Positions 33,975-42,743 of a stretch of DNA of 42,743 bases are shown here, one piece after another (within the stretch, counting starts at the first letter, position 1; each line of letters opens with the position of its first letter). This DNA is from a bacterium (lineage in GTDB: Bacteria > Hinthialibacterota > Hinthialibacteria > Hinthialibacterales > Hinthialibacteraceae): positions 1 to 42,743 of the forward strand of contig JBHGBC010000038.1 in NCBI GenBank assembly GCA_041946805.1, given 5' to 3'. The notes beneath the pieces were generated by a model, which had not been told where the DNA came from, made no database searches, and saw nothing but the letters and a program-made list of their open reading frames with translations. A program made the position numbers and the translations under genes.

Positions 33975-35600
33975 TCATCCCTGAGCCTGGGGGATGGGGA
34001 CGCTTTCGATGCGCAGGGAGCCGTCCGGTTGTTTCTGGAGGACGGTGTCCTCGAGGGTTTCGTGAAGGTGGGGATGGTCGAGGTTGTAGTGCAGGCCGCG
34101 GCTCTCCTTGCGCTGGAGGGCGGAGAGGATGATCAGTTCGGCGGTCTGGGCCAGGTTGCGCAGTTCGAGCAGCTGGTCGTTGATGTGTCCCGCCTGAAAG
34201 TAAGAATCGATTTCTTCCGATAAGACCTGGAGCCGTTTGCGGGCCTGCTGGAGGCGGCCGTTGGTCCGTACGATGCCGACGTAATCCCACATCAGGCAGC
34301 GGATGGAATGGCGGCAATTGACGAGACGGACCGCCTCGAGTTTGCCCGGATTGGGTTTTTGGGGATACGTCTCCGGCAGACGGGGTGGATCTTCATACGG
34401 GAATCCCCGCTGATGCGCGGATTCGGCGGCCAGGGTACTGAAAACCAGGGCCTCGAGGATGGAGTTGGAGGCGAGACGGTTGGCGCCGTGGACGCCGGTG
34501 CTGCCGGCCTCACCCACGCAGAAAAGCCCTTCGATAACGGTCGCGCCGGTCAGATCGGTGAGCACGCCGCCGCACATGTAATGGGCGGCGGGGACGATGG
34601 GAATCCAGTCCTTGGCGAGGTGGAGGCCTGCCTTTTCGCAGTTGCTGGAGATGTAGGGAAAGCGGCGGTGGAAGAAATCCTGGTCGATATGGGAGACATC
34701 GAGATAACAACACTTGTCGCCGCGGTTTTTCATTTCGTGGTCGATGGCGCGTGCGACGATGTCACGGGGAGCCAGATCCTTGAGCGGGTGGTATTTCTCC
34801 ATGAAGGCCGTGCCGTCCCGGGTGCGGAGGATGGCGCCCTCGCCGCGCACGGCCTCGGAGATGAGAAAAGGCTGCTGCCCCCCCGGCGTGTAGAGGGCGG
34901 TGGGATGGAACTGGATGAACTCCATGTTGGCGATCCGCGCGCCCGCCCGGAAGGCCATGGCCACGCCGTCGCCGGTGGCGATGGGGGGATTGGTGCTGTG
35001 CAAATAGACCAGTCCGCAGCCGCCGGTGGCGAGGATGGTGACCCCCGCCAGGCAGAGGTGCATCGCCCGGCGGCTTTCGTCCCAAACCCAGGCGCCCCAG
35101 CAGCGGCGGTTTTCATCGAGGATGAGATCCACCGAGAAGTGATGTTCGAACAGCTGGATATTGGGGTGGTTGCGGGCGCTGTGAAGGAGGCAGCGTTCGA
35201 CTTCGCGGCCGGTGAGGTCCTTGGCGTGGACGATGCGGCGGCGGGAATGGCCGCCTTCCCGGCCGAGTTCGAGGCGGCCGTCTTCCGTGCGGGTGAATTC
35301 CACTCCCAGGCGGATCAGTTCCTCGATTTCGCGGGGGCCGCGGGTGACAATGAGCGCCACGGAATCGGGATGGCACAATCCGGCGCCGGCTTGGAGGGTG
35401 TCGCGGATATGGTCTTCGAACGAATCGCTCTTCGTGTCGAGCACCGTGGCGATGCCGCCCTGGGCGTAATTGGTGTTGGATTCGAAATCTTCTTTTTTGG
35501 TAATAACGGTCACCGTCCCGAACCGGGCCGCGTTCAAAGCCGTCTTCAGCCCCGCGACACCCGAGCCCAGGATGAGATAATTGCTGCGCAATAGTGCCAT
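33975..35600 (-). CDS. nadB: L-aspartate oxidase
   Basis: ILGSGVAGL, SNTNYAQGGIA, REGGHSRRRIVHAKDLTG, EFIQFHPT, LISEAVRGEG, PAAHYMCGG, GVHGANRLASNS, ESRGLHY. Confidence 0.96.
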   Translation of the reverse strand: MALLRSNYLILGSGVAGLKTALNAARFGTVTVITKKEDFESNTNYAQGGIATVLDTKSDSFEDHIRDTLQAGAGLCHPDSVALIVTRGPREIEELIRLGVEFTRTEDGRLELGREGGHSRRRIVHAKDLTGREVERCLLHSARNHPNIQLFEHHFSVDLILDENRRCWGAWVWDESRRAMHLCLAGVTILATGGCGLVYLHSTNPPIATGDGVAMAFRAGARIANMEFIQFHPTALYTPGGQQPFLISEAVRGEGAILRTRDGTAFMEKYHPLKDLAPRDIVARAIDHEMKNRGDKCCYLDVSHIDQDFFHRRFPYISSNCEKAGLHLAKDWIPIVPAAHYMCGGVLTDLTGATVIEGLFCVGEAGSTGVHGANRLASNSILEALVFSTLAAESAHQRGFPYEDPPRLPETYPQKPNPGKLEAVRLVNCRHSIRCLMWDYVGIVRTNGRLQQARKRLQVLSEEIDSYFQAGHINDQLLELRNLAQTAELIILSALQRKESRGLHYNLDHPHLHETLEDTVLQKQPDGSLRIESVPIPQAQG

Positions 35601-35639
35601 AATCCACTTAGCCTTCCGGAGAGGAAATCACCTGATGAC

Positions 35640-36026
35640 TCAGGAGCCGAGGTAGTCTTCTTCGTTGCGGTCTTCCACCCGCACCAGGCGGTTTTTTTCA
35701 TCCACGTACACAATGCGGTGGGAGTAGGATTCCAATTCACCCTCCTCCACCGTGCAGTAGGAAAGAATGAGGATGACATCGCCTTTTTCGATGAGCCGGC
35801 CCGCCGCTCCCTTCACGGAGATCGAGCCGGACCGGCGGGGCCCGGGGATGGCGTAAGTACTCAGGCGCGCGCCGTTGGTGACATTGTAGACGTCGATTTT
35901 TTCGCCGGTGAGGATATCGGCGGCTTCCATCAAATCCTTGTCGATTTCCAGGCTGCCCGCGTAATGAATGTCCTTGCCGGTGACGCGGACTTCATGAATT
36001 TTGGATTTCAGCATGAACCGTTGCAT
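35640..36026 (-). CDS. panD: Aspartate 1-decarboxylase proenzyme
   Basis: MLKSKIH, Y.G|S autocleavage site (YAGSLEID), NGARLSTY, GAAGR. Start at ATG 36026. Confidence 0.95.
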   Translation of the reverse strand: MQRFMLKSKIHEVRVTGKDIHYAGSLEIDKDLMEAADILTGEKIDVYNVTNGARLSTYAIPGPRRSGSISVKGAAGRLIEKGDVILILSYCTVEEGELESYSHRIVYVDEKNRLVRVEDRNEEDYLGS

Positions 36027-36078
36027 TCTGGCCTGCCCCTCATGAATTTGGGTAGCACCCGGTGGGTCTCGCCAAACT

Positions 36079-36930
36079 CTACTCGCCCTGCGATTCAAAC
36101 ACCCGGTTGTCGATCAGGCGTGTTTTCCCCACGTAAATGGCCCCGATGAAATAGTTGCCGGTTTGCACGGTCTCCACCGGGGCAAAGGTATTCTGGTCGA
36201 CGATGCCGAGGTAGTCCAGCCGCACGCCGGGAGTATTTTCGATTTGGCGGGCGCCGGCTTCGAGGATTGTCCGGGCCGCGCGTTCACCCGCCTGGAAGCA
36301 TTCGACGCCGGCGAACAGGGTTTGGGAGAGAACAAGGGCGCGTTGCCGCTCCGTGGGCGAGAGATAGACGTTTCGGGACGAGAGCGCCAGGCCGTCCGGC
36401 TCCCGGACCGTCGGGCAGACGACGATCTCCACGGGAAAGCGGAGATCCTGCGTCATGCGGCGGATGACGGCGGCCTGCTGGGCGTCCTTGCGTCCGAAAT
36501 AGGCGCGGGTGGGCCGCGTCAGGTTGAACAGAATGGAGACCACGGTACAGACGCCGCGGAAATGGCCGGGCCGCGATTGGCCGCACCACAGGCGGCTGGG
36601 CTCGGGCGGTTCCACGAACGTGCTGAAGCCGGGCGGATAGATATCCGCGTCGGAGGGAAACAGCACCCAGTCGGTATTTTCTTTCTCGAGCAGGGCCAGG
36701 TCGCGGTCCAGGTCGCGGGGGTATTGCGCCAGATCCTCGTTGGGGCCGAATTGGGTGGGGTTGACATAGATGGAGACGGCTACGTGGTCGTTGTTCTGCC
36801 GGGCGGCCCGGACGAGGGAGAGATGCCCCTCATGCAGGTAGCCCATGGTGGGAACCAGTCCCAGGGTGAGTTTATGGGGCAAGGCGGCGCGGACCTTCCG
36901 CCATTCCTCGACCGAATCAAATACTTTCAA
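36079..36930 (-). CDS. panC: Pantoate--beta-alanine ligase
   Basis: VPTMGYLHEGHLSL, YVNPTQF, RPGHFRGV, FGRKDAQQ, REPDGLALSSRN, RLIDN. TTG start at 36930, 7 nt after GGAGG. Confidence 0.96.
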   Translation of the reverse strand: MKVFDSVEEWRKVRAALPHKLTLGLVPTMGYLHEGHLSLVRAARQNNDHVAVSIYVNPTQFGPNEDLAQYPRDLDRDLALLEKENTDWVLFPSDADIYPPGFSTFVEPPEPSRLWCGQSRPGHFRGVCTVVSILFNLTRPTRAYFGRKDAQQAAVIRRMTQDLRFPVEIVVCPTVREPDGLALSSRNVYLSPTERQRALVLSQTLFAGVECFQAGERAARTILEAGARQIENTPGVRLDYLGIVDQNTFAPVETVQTGNYFIGAIYVGKTRLIDNRVFESQGE

Positions 36931-36992
36931 CAATGTGCCTCCCAGAAGCGGATGCCCGGATGCCCGGTGAACGGCGGAAAGCGAGCGGCCGG

Positions 36993-37865
36993 TCAGCCCC
37001 AATTGATGTCCGGGGATTGTTTTTTCGATTCATCCAGAACTTGCAGGACGGTATCGTCGACGGAGTAACTCTCGTCCAGGGTGGGAAACGAGCCTTCCCT
37101 CACCGAGTTCCGAAACGCCTGGAAGGCCTGGACGGCCTCCTCGCCCATCTGGACGAAACGCCGGACGAAGTGGGGTTGAAACGCGGTGAACAGCCCCAGC
37201 ATATCGGCGAAGACGAGCACCTGGCCGTCGCAGTATGGGCCGGCCCCGATGCCGATGGTGGGGATGGAGGCCTGGCCGGTGATGTGCCGGGCCACGGGCC
37301 AAGGCACGGCTTCGATGACCATGGAGAATGCGCCCGCCTGTTCCACGGCCAGGGCGTCCTGCAGCAGGGCGCGCACCGAAGCGGCGGTTTTGCCCTGGAC
37401 CTTGTGGCCGCCGAGCAGCTTGCTCGATTGCGGGCCCAGGCCGACATGCCCCATCACGGGGATGCCCGCGGTGGTCATGTGGCGGATGGCGGCGGCGGTG
37501 GCGCGGCCCCCCTCGACCTTGACGGCGTCGGCTCCGCCTTCCTTCATCAGCCGCCCGGCATTATGAACCGCTTCCTCCGGCGTGATCTGGTAGGACAGGA
37601 AGGGCATGTCGGCGACCACCATGGCGCGTTTCGCGGCGCGTTTGACGGCGCGGGTATGGTAGATGACGTCGTCCACGGTGACGGGCAGGGTGGTGTCATG
37701 CCCCTGGACGATCATGCCCAGCGTATCGCCGACCAAAAGAATATCGATTTCCGCCTGCTCCATCAGCGCGGCGAAGGTGAAATCATAGGCGGTGAGCATG
37801 ACGATCTTCTCGCCCTTTTTCTTCATGCCGCGCAGCATCGGTACAGTGACATGTTTTTCGGTCAT
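36993..37865 (-). CDS. panB: 3-methyl-2-oxobutanoate hydroxymethyltransferase
   Basis: MLTAYD, LLVGDTLG, VADMPFLSY, AVKVEGG, GHVGL.PQ, TIGIGAG..CDGQVLV. ATG 37865 overlaps the upstream stop (ATGA). Confidence 0.97.
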   Translation of the reverse strand: MTEKHVTVPMLRGMKKKGEKIVMLTAYDFTFAALMEQAEIDILLVGDTLGMIVQGHDTTLPVTVDDVIYHTRAVKRAAKRAMVVADMPFLSYQITPEEAVHNAGRLMKEGGADAVKVEGGRATAAAIRHMTTAGIPVMGHVGLGPQSSKLLGGHKVQGKTAASVRALLQDALAVEQAGAFSMVIEAVPWPVARHITGQASIPTIGIGAGPYCDGQVLVFADMLGLFTAFQPHFVRRFVQMGEEAVQAFQAFRNSVREGSFPTLDESYSVDDTVLQVLDESKKQSPDINWG

Positions 37866-38608
37866 GATCCTTCTCTCGCTCCGCCGGCCAGACCGGCATC
37901 GGCGCGCACCTGCCCGAACCACGCGGTCTCGTTCTCGATGATCCGCTGAAAGTCTTCGAAGGGGCAGTGAGCCATCCGGTTCTTGAGGCAAAAGTCTAGC
38001 AGGTCGCGCTTCGCGTACACAAAGTCGCATTTCGAGGCGGCGCAGGTGTCGGAGACGCCGTCGCCAATGTACACCCGCCGCCACTCCCGGACCGGAAGGA
38101 CATGCTGGCATTTGCAGTGGGCCATGTCGCGTTCGCATTCTTTCCGGTACAGGGGAAATTCTACTTGAATTTTATCGCCCGTCCACACCATGCGGTTGCA
38201 GTACCGGGGGATGCTCTCCAGCCCCTCGTTCCGCAGCAGCAGATCGATGTAGTAATCGTATCCATCGGAGAGGATCAGCATGCGCGACTCATGGGCGCGC
38301 ACCCAATCGGCGAAGGCATGGAAGGTCGGATCGATGCCGATCGATTCGGCCAGCTCGCGCGCCTGCCGCTCGGGGACGCGAAGGGACTGGGCCAGTTCCA
38401 GGTTGCACTCGCGGGAGGAGATTTCACCGCGGATGTAACGCTTGATCACCCGGAGCCACACATCAGGGGCGCAGGTCTTGACGATGGCGTCCCAGACATC
38501 GCGGCGGGAGATGGTGTGATCGAAGTCCACGAAGTAAATGGTATTCCGGGCGGACGGGGGTGCACTGGCCGAAGGATTGTCGCGATTCAATTTTCGAAAA
38601 TCCGCCAT
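37862..38608 (-). CDS. HAD-IB phosphatase, MtnX-like
   Basis: Motif I FVDFDHTI, motif II ILSDG, motif III HCKC, motif IV YIGDGVSD...VYAK. Start 38608 is uncertain. Confidence 0.85.
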   Translation of the reverse strand: MADFRKLNRDNPSASAPPSARNTIYFVDFDHTISRRDVWDAIVKTCAPDVWLRVIKRYIRGEISSRECNLELAQSLRVPERQARELAESIGIDPTFHAFADWVRAHESRMLILSDGYDYYIDLLLRNEGLESIPRYCNRMVWTGDKIQVEFPLYRKECERDMAHCKCQHVLPVREWRRVYIGDGVSDTCAASKCDFVYAKRDLLDFCLKNRMAHCPFEDFQRIIENETAWFGQVRADAGLAGGAREGS

Positions 38609-38836
38609 TTCCACAGATTGGGCAGGGCTATGCCACAGATTGTAGCCGAAAAGGGGGATTTGCCGGATACGGGCGGAAGGGTACAGACCGATTGAATCGA
38701 CCATTCGTAACCATCGATTTTTTCGGAATTTATATATTATTTATTTATTAATATTACTAATTTTTTATTTTTCTGAGACTTTTTTTCAAAATTATGATAT
38801 ATATTCATGATAACACACCATAAAAGGAGATTCATC

Positions 38837-40888
38837 ATGAAGGGGAAATGGTTCGTCTTTTTGTTGTTGCTGATTGGTTTGGTACCATTCGGGATTCTGG
38901 CACAAAGTCCGGATACGGCCTCGATCGATCATCAGATCGTCCTGATCAAGGATCTGATCGAAGATTACGCCGAATCGAATTGGACGGTGGTTACTCAAAG
39001 CGGCGGGACATATGGGGACGCGATCGGTGGGGTGGACCGGGTGAGAAAAATTATCAAAAAAGGTTACTTTACGGATGCCAAAGAGTACATCGATGATGAT
39101 TCATCCCGGTCTTTGATCGAAATCATTAACCAACCCATAGGGATGGATTCGATCCAAGAAGTACGTGGATCATATCAAGTGGTAATACCACAATTCAAAC
39201 GGATACAATTGGAGATCGATTATGAAATCCCATATGACATAATGCAATATAATGAAGAATATTTTGTTGAAATATTTGAGAGAAATAAGTTAAATCAAGA
39301 TGAATGGTTAAAATCGAAAACAATTAAAAATTATTTTATGTCTCTTCCAGAGGATATGAATATCTTTGATACAAAAATAGAAAAATATTCACTTCATACA
39401 TCGATTGTGAATCTTTCCGACTGGTCAGGCCGTGAAATTAGATTAGATCTTGTTTGGAATTTTTCTAAGAATAATTTTAAAACAGATTTTGTACGTTGGA
39501 CTAGATTAAAAATAATAGGATCTACATTTGATTATCATTTTGTGGATTCAAACTATTTATCTGAATATGATCCTGTGCAACAAATGCAATTAAATTCCCT
39601 AGATGGACTCTATCAAGATCCATATTTAGAAGGTTCATTCACTTTCGCTGGCTTAACATCTTACCCGGATACTGGTTTTGCTCCAATTCGCATTAATAAC
39701 AGGTCATACGCATATTTTAATTCTGGCTATCCAAGTTGGAATATGTTTGTTACTGGTTCAGCGAATAGTGGCACATGGATGCTCGATTTTCTTAATAAAT
39801 CGAATAATTTGGCATGGATTTCAGTAAGCAATATGCCAAATTGTGTACTCCGTGGGAATCCCCCCTATCCCACATCGACTGATATTACCCCTTATTCGGC
39901 CATTCGTCCTTATAGACCAGCGTCTCCATTATCTGATTTAGCATGGAAATATAATTGGGACAATGGATATACAGGCGTAAATTCAGCATTTGTTGCAACC
40001 GACAGTGGTTACACAAGAGTGCACGCCTTCTTGCATGTAGAAGACTGGTTTAAAAATATAAATACCCCTGGATTTTTATCGAGTCTTATGGCAGGATACA
40101 ATATCACTCCCGATGGTTATGACTATGTATATGCGAGAATAGGATATGCAAGGTCGCCTAATCATGATCCCTTTAATTTATCGTTTGCTCGTTGTTCGCA
40201 AGATTTGAGCTCTTCGACAATAAATAATGCATCCCCGATTATCGAGTGTTTCCATAAAGAAGGTCAACAAACAGAAAACCATGGAGTTTGTGGTGCTGCT
40301 AGTCCTGCGGTTATAACAGCAGGAAATTATACATATTTATTTTATACACGGTATGTTCAAAAAAATTGGGTAATAACCACACCATATTATATAGAACCAC
40401 TTAAAAGTAAATTAGGGGGTGAATACTTATATAATAGAACGATTTGTGCTGCTCGCGTTCTTACAAGCACATTGGTTGATGAAAGTTACTCATCAAACAA
40501 TCCTTCAAGTCCATGGAGGCAATTTTATGATGGAGAATGGTCTCAAAATGGTATTGGAGGCTTGTCTACCTCTTTGATCGGTGATATTACAAACCTAACT
40601 GAAAACCGTGTACTTTGTAATGTAATGTTAAATGGTCATTTAGGAGGTAATTACTTGATGCTTGCGTGGAACGATATAAACCGCGCTGCATATTTGTACA
40701 TCTGCCAAAATTTAGAAAATCCACAATGGGGTACAGGGATTCAAATAAACATCCCATCCAATGAGACTCCAATCAGATTGGTAGATCATTTAAGCGGTGA
40801 TGATAAATACGGTGGAGAATATGTAAAATTATTCACAAGGACATCACCCCCCATCATTGTAAAACGGTATATTGTTTTGCTATCTTGA
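38837..40888 (+). CDS. Secreted hypothetical protein, AT-rich; C-terminal half possibly a glycoside-hydrolase-like beta-propeller
   Basis: AAGGAG RBS; signal peptide MKGKWFVFLLLLIGLVPFGILA; an open 684-codon frame in AT-rich DNA; propeller-like blades HAFLHVE, RIGYARS, SPAVITAGNYTYLFYT, WRQFYDGEWSQNGIGG. Confidence 0.8.
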   Translation: MKGKWFVFLLLLIGLVPFGILAQSPDTASIDHQIVLIKDLIEDYAESNWTVVTQSGGTYGDAIGGVDRVRKIIKKGYFTDAKEYIDDDSSRSLIEIINQPIGMDSIQEVRGSYQVVIPQFKRIQLEIDYEIPYDIMQYNEEYFVEIFERNKLNQDEWLKSKTIKNYFMSLPEDMNIFDTKIEKYSLHTSIVNLSDWSGREIRLDLVWNFSKNNFKTDFVRWTRLKIIGSTFDYHFVDSNYLSEYDPVQQMQLNSLDGLYQDPYLEGSFTFAGLTSYPDTGFAPIRINNRSYAYFNSGYPSWNMFVTGSANSGTWMLDFLNKSNNLAWISVSNMPNCVLRGNPPYPTSTDITPYSAIRPYRPASPLSDLAWKYNWDNGYTGVNSAFVATDSGYTRVHAFLHVEDWFKNINTPGFLSSLMAGYNITPDGYDYVYARIGYARSPNHDPFNLSFARCSQDLSSSTINNASPIIECFHKEGQQTENHGVCGAASPAVITAGNYTYLFYTRYVQKNWVITTPYYIEPLKSKLGGEYLYNRTICAARVLTSTLVDESYSSNNPSSPWRQFYDGEWSQNGIGGLSTSLIGDITNLTENRVLCNVMLNGHLGGNYLMLAWNDINRAAYLYICQNLENPQWGTGIQINIPSNETPIRLVDHLSGDDKYGGEYVKLFTRTSPPIIVKRYIVLLS

Positions 40889-40947
40889 TGCAAAATTCAT
40901 ATTATTGCAATATTTTATTTATTATATTGCATATTTGAGATTTTATA

Positions 40948-42743
40948 ATGACAATAATCAAATTGTGTTTAATCCACGTACTTTTTATGAATATTCACTC
41001 AACCATACAGTCATCCATCCATACGCCCAATGGCGAATCGGTCATTTCATTCGGAAACATCAATGATATATCTTATTCATCGGATGGACATTATTTCATC
41101 CTCTTGGATAGCGGCGGGAATCTCGATTTGATCAAGGCGGATACGAATATACTGGAAAAAATCATTAAAACGGATTTGGCATCTTTCTCCACCCGCATCA
41201 AAACATCACCCTCTGGTTTCAAGGTCTTGCTTTATAAACTGGATTACCCCTGGCAAGGCCATTTGATTGACCTCAAGAAGGGTAACCATCTCCACGAGTT
41301 TGAGGACGCCGTGTTCCCCAATCATCCTTTTTCGGAGGATGGCAACTATTTCTTCTATCATCGATATAACTCGGCCATCAACCAAACTCATCTGCTTAAT
41401 TTAAAAACAGAGGAAGAGAAAATATTTCCACGAATCAACGCTCAATTGATTGATTCAAGCAATGCCTTTTGGGTGGGTATTATTCCGGATGAGATCGATC
41501 CAGCCGATCCGTATCGAACGCGCTCGGTTTATTTGAACTATTGGTCCACGGTGGATGGATCGCTGGTGAAATCACTACCGCTCCAGGATGTGCAATATAA
41601 TACCTACGATTTGGGTGGCAGCGGCATTGATTTTACCGCTTTCGGCATGCCGGATAGCCTCCTTATCGGTATCGTGTCCGATTTCTCCCGTTGGACCGGT
41701 ATTCGTTACACACCCTATATTTGGAACACCGTTAATGGGGAGAGATTGAGCCATTATAAAGAATTTGCCGAGAATGAAGGCACAGCTCAATTGCAAATTT
41801 CTTCCGATAAACGATGGCTTGCCGTCGGCCGTATATCCCTTCCCAGCTTGTACGATTTAACGAAGTATGCAAACACCGCGGATCCCTCGGTGCAACTGTC
41901 CGAATATGCTGACCTGGTGACAATCCATCCCCAATCTAAACAAATCGTCTATCGGGAATTCTTGAATAGCCATTTTTCGCAGAATTTCCTGTTGAGAACG
42001 CTCGATCTTGAAACTCAAACAATAGTCCAGGAAATTTCACTGCGTCACATGCCTTTTCAGGATGCTTCCTTCTCACCTCAAGGAGATACATTCATGCTCG
42101 ATAACGAAACGAATTTCGATATTTGGGAAACGGCCATTCCCTGGTATCGGCAAAAAATCGATAGTGAATTACGGGGATATGGCACCAACCAGTTCACCAC
42201 GGATGGCCGCTTTTTCCTGCGCGGATTGGGAACAACAGTGGTTATGTATGATACGCAATCATGGGCGGAATTGGGTAGATTCAAATCTTCAACCCAGGAT
42301 AATCGTTGTTTTGTCAATATTTCCCGGCAAAACATATTTCTAACCGCCAGCGGCAGAGTCCATGAACCTGGCCTTAATAATCTAATCCGTCTTTGGAATC
42401 TCGACACGAAGAGCATGATTCGCGAATTCCGCGGCCACACGGACAGCGTCTGGTATGCCGATTTTTCCCCCGACGGCCGGCGGATCGTCAGCGCCAGCCG
42501 GGATGGAACCGCCAAGGTTTGGGACGTTGATTCGGGAGCCATAGTCTCCGATTTCGTCGGCCACGCCACGGGAGTGATTTACGCCCGCTTCTTCCCGGAC
42601 GGCCGCCGGGTGCTCAGCGCGGATAACGATCATCGCGCTTATATCTGGGATACACAGACCGCGCAAATCGAGCAGACATTTGAATCCATCCATCTCCCCG
42701 CGCGCCTCTCGCCGGACGGCCGGTATCTCTTCGCGGGCGCCGA
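40948..42743 (+). CDS. WD40/beta-propeller repeat protein; 3' end lies outside the window
   Basis: Not in the ORF track. Manual translation from ATG 40948 is open to the edge: NINDISYSSDGHYF..., QISSDKRWLAVG, ASFSPQGD, then canonical REFRGHTDSVWYADFSPDGRRIVSASRDGTAKVWD and GHATGVIYARFFPDGRRVLSADNDHRAYIWD. Confidence 0.88.
   Translation, partial: MTIIKLCLIHVLFMNIHSTIQSSIHTPNGESVISFGNINDISYSSDGHYFILLDSGGNLDLIKADTNILEKIIKTDLASFSTRIKTSPSGFKVLLYKLDYPWQGHLIDLKKGNHLHEFEDAVFPNHPFSEDGNYFFYHRYNSAINQTHLLNLKTEEEKIFPRINAQLIDSSNAFWVGIIPDEIDPADPYRTRSVYLNYWSTVDGSLVKSLPLQDVQYNTYDLGGSGIDFTAFGMPDSLLIGIVSDFSRWTGIRYTPYIWNTVNGERLSHYKEFAENEGTAQLQISSDKRWLAVGRISLPSLYDLTKYANTADPSVQLSEYADLVTIHPQSKQIVYREFLNSHFSQNFLLRTLDLETQTIVQEISLRHMPFQDASFSPQGDTFMLDNETNFDIWETAIPWYRQKIDSELRGYGTNQFTTDGRFFLRGLGTTVVMYDTQSWAELGRFKSSTQDNRCFVNISRQNIFLTASGRVHEPGLNNLIRLWNLDTKSMIREFRGHTDSVWYADFSPDGRRIVSASRDGTAKVWDVDSGAIVSDFVGHATGVIYARFFPDGRRVLSADNDHRAYIWDTQTAQIEQTFESIHLPARLSPDGRYLFAGA

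Noticed and set aside
379..38695. Many long overlapping ORFs in the track (e.g. 16739-17998, 18829-20205, 20499-21791, 26047-27453, 34308-35594, 4267-5412)
   Set aside because: They are antisense or off-frame shadows of well-supported genes in GC-rich DNA, with no recognisable motifs.
38700..42743. Prophage or integrative element explaining the AT-rich region
   Set aside because: No integrase, transposase, phage gene, tRNA target or flanking direct repeat is visible, and the GC shift occurs inside intact genes.

Overview
A GC-rich bacterial chromosomal segment, mostly housekeeping, with lineage-specific cell-surface genes in between. The housekeeping genes are mnmE (runs off the left edge), ribBA, xylB, a haem cluster (hemA-hemE-hemN / hemY-hemH-hemC), an orphan nuoI, and a HAD phosphatase-panB-panC-panD-nadB operon. 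The envelope and secreted proteins are a PHP-GT4 fusion, a GT2, a YfhO-like membrane glycosyltransferase with two ILEI/PANDER-like domains, and a GspG-like prepilin. They also include two secreted proteins sharing a short C-terminal T-[GA]-[IV]-x-x-W-x-[LV]-[LY] tail and a 1754-aa modular protein (degenerate metzincin + PPC + 14 WD40 + four copies of an unrecognised ~115-aa domain). At the right end, an AT-rich trough has both edges inside two genes (a secreted protein and a WD40 protein). The window also holds an in-frame deletion scar of an XRE/ImmA-DUF4411 pair and several REP-like palindromes. I found no rRNA, tRNA, CRISPR array, integrase or transposase. The protein style recalls Sumerlaeota/Hinthialibacter-like candidate phyla, but that is recollection and not verified. 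The best candidate new systems are the C-terminal Trp tail next to a pseudopilin (possible sorting/secretion signal) and the intragenic-bounded variable cassette at about 39.1-42.4 kb.
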